Shown: piece after piece, positions 1 through 9,544 of the stretch | Position numbering within the stretch: the first letter of the stretch is position 1 | Layout: each line of letters starts with the position of its first letter | Assembly: GCF_943193025.1 (NCBI RefSeq) | Contig: NZ_CALPCQ010000004.1 | Coordinates: forward strand, 1 to 24,000 | From: Lactobacillus agrestimuris | Lineage (GTDB): Bacteria; Bacillota; Bacilli; Lactobacillales; Lactobacillaceae | DNA length: 24,000 nucleotides | Direction: 5' to 3' | Notes under the pieces: model-generated | Seen by the model: only the letters and a program-made list of their open reading frames with translations | The model's database searches: none | Told to the model about the DNA's origin: nothing | Position numbers and translations under genes: made by a program

Positions 1-84
1 ATGCCGAACACAGAAGTTAAGCTTCTTAACGCCGAGAGTAGTTGGTGGGCAACTGCCTGCGAGGGTAGGAAGCTGCCGCGCTCT
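1..84 (+). rRNA. rrf: 5S ribosomal RNA, 3' portion (truncated by window start)
   Basis: ATGCCGAACACAGAAGTTAAGC...GCGAGGGTAGGAAGCTGCCGC is the conserved 5S 3' two-thirds; exact 3' end estimated. Confidence 0.93.
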
Positions 85-94
85 TTTTTAATAT

Positions 95-167
95 TCCGGC
101 TTAGCTCAGTTGGTAGAGCGCTTGACTGTTAATCAAGATGTCGTCAGTTCGAGTCTGACAGCCGGAG
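95..167 (+). tRNA. tRNA-Asn (anticodon GTT)
   Basis: TCCGGCT/AGCCGGA acceptor stem, D-arm TAGCTCAGTTGGTAGAGC, anticodon stem CTTGA/TCAAG with loop CTGTTAA, T-arm GTTCGAGTC; CCA not encoded. Confidence 0.97.
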
Positions 168-182
168 CTAAACGGAATATGC

Positions 183-217
183 AAGGAAGGGATCACCGGA
201 AGGTGGTTCCTTTTTTC
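183..217 (+). terminator. Rho-independent terminator after the rRNA/tRNA-Asn unit
   Basis: GG(A)TCACC-GGAA-GGTGGTTCC stem followed by TTTTTT (211-216). Confidence 0.75.
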
Positions 218-360
218 GTTGCTTTTATTTAATAATTTCTGTTTGAAAATTTAATATAACGTTATTTTATTTTTGGATTAAAAATGTTATTGTATTAAAC
301 TTCTGTACGTGTAGAAATTAAAATGAAAATTTGAAAAAATTTCAAAAAAACGGTTTTTTA

Positions 361-374
361 TGTAAGCGTTTTTT
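361..374 (+). promoter_or_regulatory. Probable CcpA cre site upstream of the mannose PTS operon
   Basis: TGTAAGCGTTTTTT fits TGWAARCGYTWWCW with about 2 mismatches; just upstream of a TACAAT -10-like hexamer (377-382). Confidence 0.55.
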
Positions 375-420
375 GATACAATAATAAAGGATTTATTTTT
401 GATCTAGAGGAGGAAATAAC

Positions 421-1431
421 ATGGTAGGAATTGTTTTAGCCAGCCATGGTGGTTTCGCTGATGGTATTGCACAATCTGCGCAAATGCTTTTTGGTGAACA
501 AACAAATTTTGCTCATGTCATCTTAAAGCCTGAAGAAGGTCCAGATGATGTTCGTGGCAAAATGGAAAAAGCAATTGCTTCATTTGATGACCAAGATGAA
601 GTATTGTTCTTAGTTGACTTATGGGGTGGAACACCATTCAATCAGGCTAATACTCTTAGCGATGGTCATGATAATTGGGCAATCGTTAGCGGTTTGAACT
701 TACCAATGGTTGTTCAGGCTTTGACTGAAAGAATGATGAATGATAAGGCTACTGCACACGAAATTGCAACTGCAGTAATTGCCCCAGCAATTGATGGTAT
801 TAAAACTAAACCATCAGATTTGATGCCTAAGACTGAAGCTGCTGCACCGGCTCAATCTGAAGGTAAAGCTACTGGTTCATCTAAGACTATTCCAGAAGGA
901 ACTGTTTTAGGTGATGGTCATATCAAGTACGTGTTGGCAAGAATTGATTCTCGTTTACTTCATGGTCAAGTTGCAACTGGTTGGATTCCTGCAATGAAGC
1001 CTGATCGTGTAATTGTTGTATCAGACAGCGTTGCAAAGGATGAATTACGTAAGAGTATGATTCGTGAAGCTGCGCCAGCTGGAGTTAAGGCACACACTGT
1101 TCCACTTAAGAAGATGGAAGAAATTGCTAAGGACCCAAGATTTGGTGATACACACGCACTTCTTTTGTTTGAAAATCCTGAAGATGTTTTAAGAGCTATT
1201 AAGGCCGGAGTTGACATCAAGGAAGTTAATGTTGGTTCAATGTCATACAGTGAAGGTGACGTTAACGCAAACAATGTTTTATCAATGAATCAAAAAGATG
1301 TTGATACATTCCGTGAACTTGAAAAGATGGGCGTTAAATTTGATGTACGTAAAGTTCCATCAGATAGTCCAAGTAATATGGATGCTATCTTAAACAAGGC
1401 TCAAACTTTACTTGACGAAAAGAATAAATAG
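421..1431 (+). CDS. manL: PTS mannose/fructose/sorbose-family transporter subunit EIIAB
   Basis: N-terminal EIIA-Man domain (GIVLASHGGFADG with active-site His), Ala/Pro-rich linker, C-terminal EIIB (RIDSRLLHGQVATGWIP); AGAGGAGG RBS. Confidence 0.96.
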   Translation: MVGIVLASHGGFADGIAQSAQMLFGEQTNFAHVILKPEEGPDDVRGKMEKAIASFDDQDEVLFLVDLWGGTPFNQANTLSDGHDNWAIVSGLNLPMVVQALTERMMNDKATAHEIATAVIAPAIDGIKTKPSDLMPKTEAAAPAQSEGKATGSSKTIPEGTVLGDGHIKYVLARIDSRLLHGQVATGWIPAMKPDRVIVVSDSVAKDELRKSMIREAAPAGVKAHTVPLKKMEEIAKDPRFGDTHALLLFENPEDVLRAIKAGVDIKEVNVGSMSYSEGDVNANNVLSMNQKDVDTFRELEKMGVKFDVRKVPSDSPSNMDAILNKAQTLLDEKNK

Positions 1432-1441
1432 GAGTAAATAA

Positions 1442-2254
1442 ATGCAATTTAACTTTATTCAAATCATTTTGATCTTAGTTGTTGCCTTTCTTGCTGGTAC
1501 CGAAGGTATCTTGGATGAATGGCAATTCCACCAACCATTAGTTGCTTGTACTTTAATTGGTTTAGTTACTGGTAACTTAACACTTGGAGTTATTTTAGGT
1601 GGTTCATTGCAAATGATCGCAATGGGTTGGGCAAACGTTGGTGCCGCTGTTGCACCAGATGCCGCTTTGGCTTCTGTTGCTTCTGCAATTATCTTGATCG
1701 AAGGTGGTCAAGGTAAGGCAGGTGTCGGTACAGCCGTAGGTTTGGCTATTCCTTTAGCCGTAGCTGGTTTGTTCTTAACTATGATTGTCCGTACTATTTC
1801 TACTGCTATCGTTCACATCATGGATGCTGAAGCTAAAAAGGGTAACTGGAGAATGATTAACTTGTGGCAATGGATTGCTGTCTGCTTACAAGGTTTAAGA
1901 ATCGCTATTCCAGCTGGACTTCTTTTAGCTATTCCTGCCTCAACTGTTCAAGGTTGGCTTAAGTTGATGCCAACATGGTTGAGCGAAGGTATGTCAATCG
2001 GTGGTGGTATGGTTGTAGCTGTTGGTTACGCAATGGTTATTAACATGATGGCCTCAAAAGAAACTTGGCCATTCTTTGCTATCGGTTTTGCATTAGCAGC
2101 AATTCAAGAATTAACTCTAATCGCCCTTGGTGCTATCGGTATTTCATTGGCCTTGATGTACTTAGCTCTTGAATCAAAAGGTGGCAACGGTGAATCTGCA
2201 TCAAACAGTTCAAACACTGGTGATCCACTTGGCGATATTATTGATGATTATTAA
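1442..2254 (+). CDS. manM: PTS mannose/fructose/sorbose-family EIIC
   Basis: Polytopic protein with VVAFLAGTEGILDEWQFHQPLVACTLIGLVTG motif; co-directional between EIIAB and EIID. Confidence 0.96.
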   Translation: MQFNFIQIILILVVAFLAGTEGILDEWQFHQPLVACTLIGLVTGNLTLGVILGGSLQMIAMGWANVGAAVAPDAALASVASAIILIEGGQGKAGVGTAVGLAIPLAVAGLFLTMIVRTISTAIVHIMDAEAKKGNWRMINLWQWIAVCLQGLRIAIPAGLLLAIPASTVQGWLKLMPTWLSEGMSIGGGMVVAVGYAMVINMMASKETWPFFAIGFALAAIQELTLIALGAIGISLALMYLALESKGGNGESASNSSNTGDPLGDIIDDY

Positions 2255-2282
2255 AATAGGCGCTTAGAGGAGGATTTTTATA

Positions 2283-3203
2283 ATGGCTGATAAGAAATTT
2301 CAATTAACTAAGCGTGACCGCTTTAACGTTATGTGGCACTCACAATTCCTTCAAGGTTCATGGAACTATGAAAGAATGCAAAACGGTGGTTATGCATACT
2401 CAATGATTCCAGCATTGAGAAAATTATATCCAGATAAGAAAGATTTAGCTGCTGCCTTACAAAGACACTTAGTATTCTTTAACACTCACCCATACTTAGC
2501 TTCACCTGTACTTGGTGTTACTTTGGCTTTGGAAGAAGATAAAGCTAACGGTGCTGACGTTGAAGACGAAGCAGTACAAGGTGTTAAGGTTGGTATGATG
2601 GGACCTTTGGCCGGTGTTGGTGACCCAGTATTCTGGTTTACTATCCGTCCAATCCTTGGTGCTTTAGGTGCCTCAATGGCCTTAAGTGGTAATGTCGTTG
2701 GTCCTATCTTATTCTTCGTTCTTTGGAACTTAATTCGTCTTGGCTTCTTATGGTATACACAAGAATTTGGTTACAAGGCCGGTTCTGCAATTACTAAGGA
2801 CGTATCAGGTGGTCTTTTGCAAAAGGTTACCCGTGGTGCCTCAATGATGGGTATGTTTGTTTTAGGTGCCTTGATTGAACGTTGGGTTAACATTAAGTTC
2901 ATCCCAATTGTTTCTAAAACACCTATTCAAAAGGGTGGCTACATCGAATGGGACAAGCTTCCTGCAGGAGCAAAAGGTATTCAAGATGCCCTTCTTCAAT
3001 GGGATATGGGTAAAGGTAAGCAATTAACTAACATTAAGACTACTACCTTACAAGATAATCTTGACCAATTAATCCCAGGATTAGCCGGACTTCTTTTAAC
3101 ATTCTTATGTATGTGGTTATTGAAGAAGAAAGTTTCACCAATTTGGATCATTATCGGTATTTTCGTTGTTGGTGTATTATTCCACCTTTGGGGAATCCTT
3201 TAA
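2283..3203 (+). CDS. manN: PTS mannose/fructose/sorbose-family EIID
   Basis: Characteristic QGSWNYERMQNGGYAYSMIPALRKLY, FFNTHPYLASPVLGVTLALEE and GPLAGVGDPVFWFTIRPI motifs. Confidence 0.97.
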   Translation: MADKKFQLTKRDRFNVMWHSQFLQGSWNYERMQNGGYAYSMIPALRKLYPDKKDLAAALQRHLVFFNTHPYLASPVLGVTLALEEDKANGADVEDEAVQGVKVGMMGPLAGVGDPVFWFTIRPILGALGASMALSGNVVGPILFFVLWNLIRLGFLWYTQEFGYKAGSAITKDVSGGLLQKVTRGASMMGMFVLGALIERWVNIKFIPIVSKTPIQKGGYIEWDKLPAGAKGIQDALLQWDMGKGKQLTNIKTTTLQDNLDQLIPGLAGLLLTFLCMWLLKKKVSPIWIIIGIFVVGVLFHLWGIL

Positions 3204-3209
3204 TCAAAA

Positions 3210-3575
3210 ATGGTCAAATCAATCAATACAAGGGTCGACTTTACGGTAGCTGCTACATGGTTTAGAAGTGTACCAAGTTACGGTAAGGCAATGATCGGTG
3301 ATAAAGCTTTTGAATTTTATAATGAACGCAATGTAACTGATTACGTTCAAATTCCTTGGAACGAAGTAACCTATGTTGTTGCGGATGTAAAATTTAAAGG
3401 AAAGTATATTCCGAGATTTGAAATTCGTACCAGACAAAATGGTAATTTCATCTTCGCTACCAGAGAAGTAAAGAAAACTTTGCGCGAGATTCGGAAGTAT
3501 ATTCCAGCAGATCATATGCTTAAGTCTTTGACGATTTGGCAAAAACTTAAGCGCAGATTTACGCGTAAGGGATAA
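3210..3575 (+). CDS. manO: DUF956 family protein (ManO-like) of the mannose PTS operon
   Basis: 121 aa ORF 7 nt after EIID; VQSINTRVDFTVAATWF-like start and basic C-terminus typical of DUF956 proteins, conserved gene order. Confidence 0.85.
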   Translation: MVKSINTRVDFTVAATWFRSVPSYGKAMIGDKAFEFYNERNVTDYVQIPWNEVTYVVADVKFKGKYIPRFEIRTRQNGNFIFATREVKKTLREIRKYIPADHMLKSLTIWQKLKRRFTRKG

Positions 3576-3576
3576 T

Positions 3577-3622
3577 AAAAAACTGCTAATACTATCAAAT
3601 AAGATGGTAATTAGCAGTTTTT
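3577..3622. terminator. Bidirectional terminator between the convergent man operon and LysR gene
   Basis: AAAAACTGCTAATACTATC...GATGGTAATTAGCAGTTTTTTT imperfect hairpin with A/T tracts on both sides. Confidence 0.85.
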
Positions 3623-4501
3623 TTATGCTTCCAGTGAAGCACGTAAACGGTCTAAGAATAATTGAGCAACAGGAGAAAGGGTAGTTTCTTTTTTCCAAAT
3701 AATATTTAATGGTAGATGGATCATTGATTTTAGTGGAATAAAAGTTAAATCAGAATCGGCCGATGTGTTGGCTAAGTGATCTAATGTTAACATTACTGCG
3801 GCATGATTTTTCACAACTAAAGTTCCATTAAAACTTAAATTGTAGGTACCAATAATATTCATTTTATCTCTATAGTTGCCAAACCAATTGTCAAAAATTG
3901 AAAAGTTTTCTGCTTGTTGCGAGGTTAGAATCGGCCGATCGATCAAATCTTGAGGTTTAATAAATTCTTTTTGAGCTAGAGGATCTTCTTTAGTTACTAA
4001 TATTCCCCAACTGTCCTTTTCAGGTAACTGTAGGCTATTATAGTTATCTAGCGGCAAGTTACCAATGATTAGTGCAAAATCAACTGTGCCGATATTTAAA
4101 CGCCTTTCAGCGTATTCATAATCCCCACTCATAATATGGAATTTTACAGTTGGATAGTCTTGAACGATATTACTGATGATGTTAACAATTCGCTGCATAG
4201 CGATACTTTCACCAGCAGCTATTGTTAAATCTCCGCTGATAATTTCGGAAGATTGAAGATTTTCTCTTGTTTTTTGAGTTAAAGTTAAAATCTCTTTAGC
4301 TTGTTCCTGTAAGTATTGACCAGCAGGTGTCAGAATTAACTGACGCGGTTTTCTGATGAAAAGTTTGACTCCAAGTTCGGCCTCTAAATCTGCAATTTGA
4401 CGAGATAAAGCTGGTTGAGAAACAAGAAGTTTTTCGGCTGCCCTAGTCATATTGAGTTCTTGTGCGGTAGCCAAAAAGTAATTTAATACACGTAGTTCCA
4501 T
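3623..4501 (-). CDS. LysR-family transcriptional regulator
   Basis: N-terminal wHTH ELRVLNYFLATAQELNMTRAAEKLLVSQPALSRQIADLEAELGVKLF; LysR substrate-binding-like C-terminal region. Confidence 0.94.
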   Translation of the reverse strand: MELRVLNYFLATAQELNMTRAAEKLLVSQPALSRQIADLEAELGVKLFIRKPRQLILTPAGQYLQEQAKEILTLTQKTRENLQSSEIISGDLTIAAGESIAMQRIVNIISNIVQDYPTVKFHIMSGDYEYAERRLNIGTVDFALIIGNLPLDNYNSLQLPEKDSWGILVTKEDPLAQKEFIKPQDLIDRPILTSQQAENFSIFDNWFGNYRDKMNIIGTYNLSFNGTLVVKNHAAVMLTLDHLANTSADSDLTFIPLKSMIHLPLNIIWKKETTLSPVAQLFLDRLRASLEA

Positions 4502-4609
4502 ATAATCACCATGATTTTTTGTTATACCAAAAGATAATTAATAAGTTTTTTACATTGCTTAGCATACAATTTAAACTTGGGTTTAGCAAGAAAAGAGAAG
4601 GAAATAAAT

Positions 4610-5116
4610 ATGGACGAAAACTGTAGACGATTAATTGAACAAAATCAGAGATTATTGCAGAATTTAAATACACAAAGACATTGTAATTGCGAGGTTTTGC
4701 AGCTTGTTAGTGAAATAACTGGGCGGAAGATTGATTCATCAGTTGAAATTAGATTACCATTTTATACGGACTATGGTCGAAATATCAAGATTGGTAAGAA
4801 TGTTTTTATTAATTCTAATGTGACGATGGTCGACACAGGTGGTATCGTTATCGAGGATGATGTGTTGATTGGTCCAGGAGCACTTCTAATCACTGTTAAT
4901 CCTCAAATTGATCCACTACATAGAAGAGAATTTGATTTAAAACCCGTGAAAATAAAGAAAAATGCCTGGATTGGTGCAGGAGCAAAGATTTTACCAGGCG
5001 TTACCGTAGGAAAGAATGCGATAGTTGGGGCTGGCGCAGTTGTAACAAAGAATGTAGCAGATAATACGATTGTTGCTGGCGTACCTGCAAAAACAATTAA
5101 TAAGATAAAAAAATAA
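4610..5116 (+). CDS. Left-handed beta-helix (hexapeptide repeat) acyl/acetyltransferase, maltose/galactoside O-acetyltransferase-like
   Basis: Hexapeptide repeats (IKIGKNVFINSNVTM..., VKIKKNAWIGAGAKILPGVTVGKNAIVGAGAVVTKNVADNTIVAGVPAKTI). ATG at 4610 has RBS-like AAGGAAA; the 4577 track start is less likely. Confidence 0.85.
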   Translation: MDENCRRLIEQNQRLLQNLNTQRHCNCEVLQLVSEITGRKIDSSVEIRLPFYTDYGRNIKIGKNVFINSNVTMVDTGGIVIEDDVLIGPGALLITVNPQIDPLHRREFDLKPVKIKKNAWIGAGAKILPGVTVGKNAIVGAGAVVTKNVADNTIVAGVPAKTINKIKK

Positions 5117-5146
5117 GAGTGATCAAAGTCACTCTTATTTTTTTAG
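5112..5146. terminator. Bidirectional terminator
   Basis: AATAAGAGTGA-TCAAAG-TCACTCTTATT perfect 11-bp stem with T tract; lies between convergent genes. Confidence 0.9.
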
Positions 5147-6513
5147 GCATTTTCTTTATCCCAGATTTTTGAAATGATATACAAAATTACAAAAGTTAAA
5201 ATTGCAGAGATCATTGGAATTCGATAGCTTGGCAATATTAGCAATAAAATAATTAATATTACAAAGAAGGCTAGAATTAAGTAATCAAGATATGGAAAAC
5301 CTGGCATTTGGAAATCATGAAATTCACTTTCATCAGTTTTTCGGCGATAGGACATGTGAGTTAAAATCATTAAACACCAAATGATTAAGAACATACTTGT
5401 AGCAACTGAAGAAATGAAGTTAAATGCTTGGTCACCGATAATCAGGGTGATTATCGGTGCTAATCCCATTAAGATAGCTGATAGAATTAAACCATTTTGT
5501 GGAAGTTGACGTTTAGAAAGGTGGCCGAATGTTTGATTCCACTTGCCTTTTTTGTCATATGTAACGGAGAATAAAAGCCTACCAGCACTATATAAGAAAC
5601 TATTTGTAGACGAAACAGCTGCTGAAATAACTACAAAGTTAATGATTGAGCTGGCATTTCTCATACCTGTTGCACCAAGTGCTTGAACAAATGGACTTGA
5701 ATTAGTAGAAACTTTTGACCATGGAATTACTAATAAAATAGCAAGGATTGCTAATACGTAAAACAGGATAATTCTAACGGGTAACTGATTAATTGCATTT
5801 CTTAAAGTAACCTTAGGATTTTGTGCTTCGGCTGCAGTTAGTCCGATTAATTCAACCCCGATAAAACTGAAGATAACCATTTGAAATCCCTGCAAGAATC
5901 CTTTTCCACCTCTTGCAAAGAAACCACCGTGATCATTTAAAGTGGCAAAAGTTACAGGACCGAAGGTGGTTTTACCACCAGTGATTAAAAGATATGCTAC
6001 TAAAATTACGAAAGCGATAATGGTAACAATCTTAATAATTGAAAATGAAAATTCTAGATTACCAAAAACTTTTGCCGATATCAGGTTAATACCTAATAGA
6101 ATTACGATGGTAATTAGACCAGGAATCCAAGGTTTCAAACTAGGGAACCAGTATTGGAAGTAGATCCCTAAAGCCGTTGTTTCAGCCATTCCTAAAGTAA
6201 TCCAGCTTAACCAATAAAGATAACCAGTAATAAATCCAATATTTTTTCCTAAATATTTTTCAATGAAATCAATATAGGTATGCTTGCTTAGGTCTGACAT
6301 AATAAGTTCACCTAATGCACGCATTAAAAGGAATAGGAAAGTCCCGACAATGATGTAGATTAAAATTACACTAGGACCAGCTCGGTGAATACTATCACCA
6401 ACTCCTAAGAAAAGTCCTGTTCCAATTGTACCCCCAAGTGCAATCAATTGGATATGGGCATTACTTAAAGTTCGTTTGTAGCCTGAATTAGTATTTGATT
6501 TTTTTTCAACCAT
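5143..6513 (-). CDS. APC-superfamily amino acid permease
   Basis: NAHIQLIALGGTIGTGLFLGVG motif and about 12 hydrophobic segments; start MVEKKSNTNS at 6513 has a GGGGAGA RBS, more plausible than 6573. Confidence 0.9.
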   Translation of the reverse strand: MVEKKSNTNSGYKRTLSNAHIQLIALGGTIGTGLFLGVGDSIHRAGPSVILIYIIVGTFLFLLMRALGELIMSDLSKHTYIDFIEKYLGKNIGFITGYLYWLSWITLGMAETTALGIYFQYWFPSLKPWIPGLITIVILLGINLISAKVFGNLEFSFSIIKIVTIIAFVILVAYLLITGGKTTFGPVTFATLNDHGGFFARGGKGFLQGFQMVIFSFIGVELIGLTAAEAQNPKVTLRNAINQLPVRIILFYVLAILAILLVIPWSKVSTNSSPFVQALGATGMRNASSIINFVVISAAVSSTNSFLYSAGRLLFSVTYDKKGKWNQTFGHLSKRQLPQNGLILSAILMGLAPIITLIIGDQAFNFISSVATSMFLIIWCLMILTHMSYRRKTDESEFHDFQMPGFPYLDYLILAFFVILIILLLILPSYRIPMISAILTFVILYIISKIWDKENA

Positions 6514-6637
6514 TAAATCTCCCCAATTTTGCAATATATTTAATATTTTATCATCTATAGATTTTCTTTCCATAATTTTTAATGAAATTTTAAAAGTAAT
6601 CCAGAATTAAGTGAATGATAATATATCTTATTCATAA

Positions 6638-6655
6638 GTTTGTTAATTCACAAAC
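6638..6655. promoter_or_regulatory. Dyad in the permease/adhE divergent intergenic region
   Basis: GTTTGT-TAATTC-ACAAAC, perfect 6-bp arms with a nearly palindromic centre. Confidence 0.35.
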
Positions 6656-6664
6656 AAATAATTT

Positions 6665-6678
6665 AGATAACGCTTTCA
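6665..6678. promoter_or_regulatory. CcpA cre site upstream of adhE
   Basis: AGATAACGCTTTCA; reverse complement TGAAAGCGTTATCT matches the cre consensus TGWAARCGYTWWCW at all positions. Confidence 0.75.
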
Positions 6679-6730
6679 CATATAAGCTAGTAAGGGAATA
6701 AAGGATATTATAGTTTGTGCATCAAACAAT

Positions 6731-6763
6731 TTTCAAAATAAATCGTTTACATTTATTTTGAAA
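6731..6763. promoter_or_regulatory. 13-bp perfect inverted repeat around the adhE -35 element
   Basis: TTTCAAAATAAAT - CGTTTAC - ATTTATTTTGAAA. Confidence 0.6.
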
Positions 6764-6773
6764 GTGATATAGT
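6746..6773 (+). promoter_or_regulatory. Putative adhE promoter
   Basis: TTTACA (6746-6751), 16-nt spacer, TATAGT (6768-6773). Confidence 0.6.
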
Positions 6774-6778
6774 GAGAA

Positions 6779-6796
6779 TTGTAAAAAGTTTCACAA
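6779..6796. promoter_or_regulatory. Rex-type operator upstream of adhE
   Basis: TTGTAAAAAGTTTCACAA versus Rex consensus TTGTGAAWWWWTTCACAA (16/18); immediately downstream of the -10. Confidence 0.65.
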
Positions 6797-6825
6797 TCAT
6801 TAGTAGATCTTAGAGGTAATCAATT

Positions 6826-9444
6826 ATGACTAAGACAGAAGAAAAGCATATCGTTACAGAAGAAGAGAAAAATCAACAAATCTACAACATGGTTGATAAT
6901 TTGGTAAAAAAATCACATGTTGCTTTAGATCAAATGGCCAATTTTTCGCAAGAACAAGTAGATAAGATCTGTGAGGCAATTGCAACGGCCGGAGAACAAA
7001 ATGCATATCCATTGGCAAAGATGGCAGTTGAAGAAACTAAGCGTGGTGTCTTAGAAGATAAAACTACCAAGAACATGTATGCTAGTGAAAACATTTGGAA
7101 TAGTTTACGTCACGAAAAGACAGTTGGTGTAATTGAAGAAGATAAGGAGTTAGGTCTAGTTAAGATTGCTGAACCTAAAGGTGTTATTGCAGGTGTTACT
7201 CCAGTAACTAATCCAACTTCAACCGTCATTTTCAAAACAATGCTTGCTTTAAAGACAAGAAATACAATTATTTTTGGCTTCCACCCACAAGCTCAAAAGT
7301 GTTGCGTGGAAACTGGAAAGATTTTGCAAAAAGCTGCTGTAGCTGCAGGTGCTCCCAAAGATGCAATTCAATGGATTGAAGAACCTAGTATCCAAGCAAC
7401 TAATGATTTGATGACCCACCCTGATGTCCAAACCATTCTAGCAACCGGTGGTCCAGGTATGGTTAAGGCAGCATATTCATCAGGTAAGCCAGCCATTGGT
7501 GTTGGACCTGGTAACGGACCTTCTTACATTGAAAGAACTGCTAATATTGAGCGTGCAGTTTATGATATTATTCTTTCAAAGACTTTCGACAATGGTATGG
7601 TTTGTGCTTCAGAAAACTCTGTCGTAGTCGATGATCAAATTTATGATCGAGTAAAAGAGGAATTTAAGAATTGGAATTGCTACTTCTTAAACAAAGAAGA
7701 GATCAAGAAATTTGAACAACACTTTATTGATCCAAAACGTGGTACTGTTGCAGGACCAGTAGCTGGTAAGTCAGCTTATGAAATTGCTCAACTTTGTGGA
7801 GTACAGGTTCCTAAAGATACTAAAGTGATCATTGCCGAATATCGCGGCGTTGGAAAGAACTTCCCATTATCTGCTGAGAAGTTATCACCAGTCTTTACTT
7901 TGTATCGTGCTAAGAGTCATGACGACGCCTTCAAGATTTGTACTGATTTATTAAATTATGGTGGACGCGGTCATACAGCTGGTCTTCACTCTAATGATCA
8001 AAAGATTATTAAGAAATTTGCTATGAAGATGGATGCTTGCCGTATCTTGGTTAACTCACCAGCAGCCTTAGGTGGTATTGGCGACCTTTACAACAACATG
8101 CTTCCGTCACTTACTTTGGGAACTGGTTCATATGGTGCCAATACCTTCTCACACAATGTTGGTGCAAGAGATTTGTTAAATATTAAAACGGTGGCAATGC
8201 GCCGTGACAATATGCAATGGGTAAAAGTTCCTGCTAAGACTTATTTTGAACATAATGCTGCAAACTACTTACGTCATATGCCAGATGTTCATCGTTTCTT
8301 CATCGTAACTGACGAAGGTGTTGCTAATCAAGGATTTGCTGATGAAATTACTGACATTATTTCTAAGCGTCGCGGCAGTAAAGAATATGAAGTATTTAAG
8401 GCTGTAACTCTTGATCCAGATACCGATGTGATTAAAGATGGTGTTCACCGCATGAACATCTTCAAGCCAGACGTAGTCATCGCTATTGGTGGTGGTTCAG
8501 TCATGGATGCCGCTAAGGCAATGCGTTTATTCTATGAAAATCCAGAAATGACTTTTGAAGAAGCTTATCAAAAGTTTCTTGATATCAGAAAAAGAGTAGT
8601 ACGCTTCCCAAAGGAAAATGAAGTCAAGTTAGTATGTATTCCAACTACTTCAGGTACTGGTTCAGAAGTTTCACCAGTCGCAATCATTAAAGATGCAACA
8701 ACAGGTATTAAACATACTTTATGTGATTATGCTCTTAACCCAGATGTTTCAATTGTCGATGATCAATTTGTTCAAGAACTTCCTAAGAAGTTAATCGCTT
8801 GGTCAGGATTTGAAGCTTTAGGTCATGCTATTGAAAGTTATGTTTCAACAATGGCAACTGACTTTACTCGTGGATGGTCACTTGAAGCAATTAAGATTAT
8901 TTTTGAAAGCTTGAAGGCTTCATATGATGGCGATCTTGATGCAAGAAAGAGAATGCATGATGCTGCAACTATTGCCGGTATGGCTTACTCCAACGCCTTC
9001 TTAGGCTTGCAACACTCAATTGCCCACACGGTTGGTTCAACATTTGATATTCCAAGTGGTGTAAGTGATGCAATTGCTCTTCCACAAGTAATTCGCTTCA
9101 ATGCTAAACGTCCACAAAAGTTGGCTATGTGGCCACACTACTCAGTTTACCGTGCTGAAAAAGACTATGCAGATATTGCTAGAGCACTTGGATTAACAGG
9201 TTCAACTGATCATGAATTAGTTGAAAAATTAGTTCAAAAGATCATTGATTTAGCTCATTCAGTTGATATTAAGCTAGCATTTAAGGAATACGGTGTTGAC
9301 GAAAATGAATTTAAGAATAAGGTAGCTGAATTGGCAGTTGAAGCATACGGTGATCAAAACACTGTAACTAATCCAGTATCTCCATTAATTAGTCAAATCG
9401 AAGAACTAATGCTTGCTTGCTTTGATGGTGAAGAAACTAAGTAA
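6826..9444 (+). CDS. adhE: Bifunctional acetaldehyde-CoA / alcohol dehydrogenase
   Basis: 872 aa; N-terminal ALDH domain ([29 protein letters not shown]) plus C-terminal Fe-ADH ([47 protein letters not shown]). Confidence 0.98.
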   Translation: MTKTEEKHIVTEEEKNQQIYNMVDNLVKKSHVALDQMANFSQEQVDKICEAIATAGEQNAYPLAKMAVEETKRGVLEDKTTKNMYASENIWNSLRHEKTVGVIEEDKELGLVKIAEPKGVIAGVTPVTNPTSTVIFKTMLALKTRNTIIFGFHPQAQKCCVETGKILQKAAVAAGAPKDAIQWIEEPSIQATNDLMTHPDVQTILATGGPGMVKAAYSSGKPAIGVGPGNGPSYIERTANIERAVYDIILSKTFDNGMVCASENSVVVDDQIYDRVKEEFKNWNCYFLNKEEIKKFEQHFIDPKRGTVAGPVAGKSAYEIAQLCGVQVPKDTKVIIAEYRGVGKNFPLSAEKLSPVFTLYRAKSHDDAFKICTDLLNYGGRGHTAGLHSNDQKIIKKFAMKMDACRILVNSPAALGGIGDLYNNMLPSLTLGTGSYGANTFSHNVGARDLLNIKTVAMRRDNMQWVKVPAKTYFEHNAANYLRHMPDVHRFFIVTDEGVANQGFADEITDIISKRRGSKEYEVFKAVTLDPDTDVIKDGVHRMNIFKPDVVIAIGGGSVMDAAKAMRLFYENPEMTFEEAYQKFLDIRKRVVRFPKENEVKLVCIPTTSGTGSEVSPVAIIKDATTGIKHTLCDYALNPDVSIVDDQFVQELPKKLIAWSGFEALGHAIESYVSTMATDFTRGWSLEAIKIIFESLKASYDGDLDARKRMHDAATIAGMAYSNAFLGLQHSIAHTVGSTFDIPSGVSDAIALPQVIRFNAKRPQKLAMWPHYSVYRAEKDYADIARALGLTGSTDHELVEKLVQKIIDLAHSVDIKLAFKEYGVDENEFKNKVAELAVEAYGDQNTVTNPVSPLISQIEELMLACFDGEETK

Positions 9445-9465
9445 ATATAGATAAATAATTTTGAG

Positions 9466-9490
9466 AGAGCCTTCTTGAAGGCTCTTTTTT
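9466..9490 (+). terminator. adhE terminator
   Basis: AGAGCCTT-CTTG-AAGGCTCT followed by TTTTT. Confidence 0.9.
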
Positions 9491-9544
9491 ATTGCCTAAA
9501 TCTCCTTTATAATGAAAGGGCTATCAAAAGATGAGGGGAAGTAC

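Noticed and set aside
966-1274. Minus-strand 102-aa ORF inside the EIIAB gene
   Set aside because: Antisense to a strongly supported CDS, low-complexity shadow ORF with no recognisable domain.
3219-3698. Minus-strand 159-aa ORF opposite manO
   Set aside because: Antisense to the DUF956 gene, crosses the bidirectional terminator, no domain features.
5942-6163. Plus-strand 73-aa ORF inside the permease gene
   Set aside because: Shadow ORF antisense to a conserved transporter.
6638-6655. Treating the GTTTGT-N6-ACAAAC dyad as a second Rex box
   Set aside because: Half-sites and spacing do not fit TTGTGAA-N4-TTCACAA well; left as an unassigned dyad.
7249-7431. Minus-strand 60-aa ORF inside adhE
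   Set aside because: Short shadow ORF opposite a conserved CDS, no independent support.
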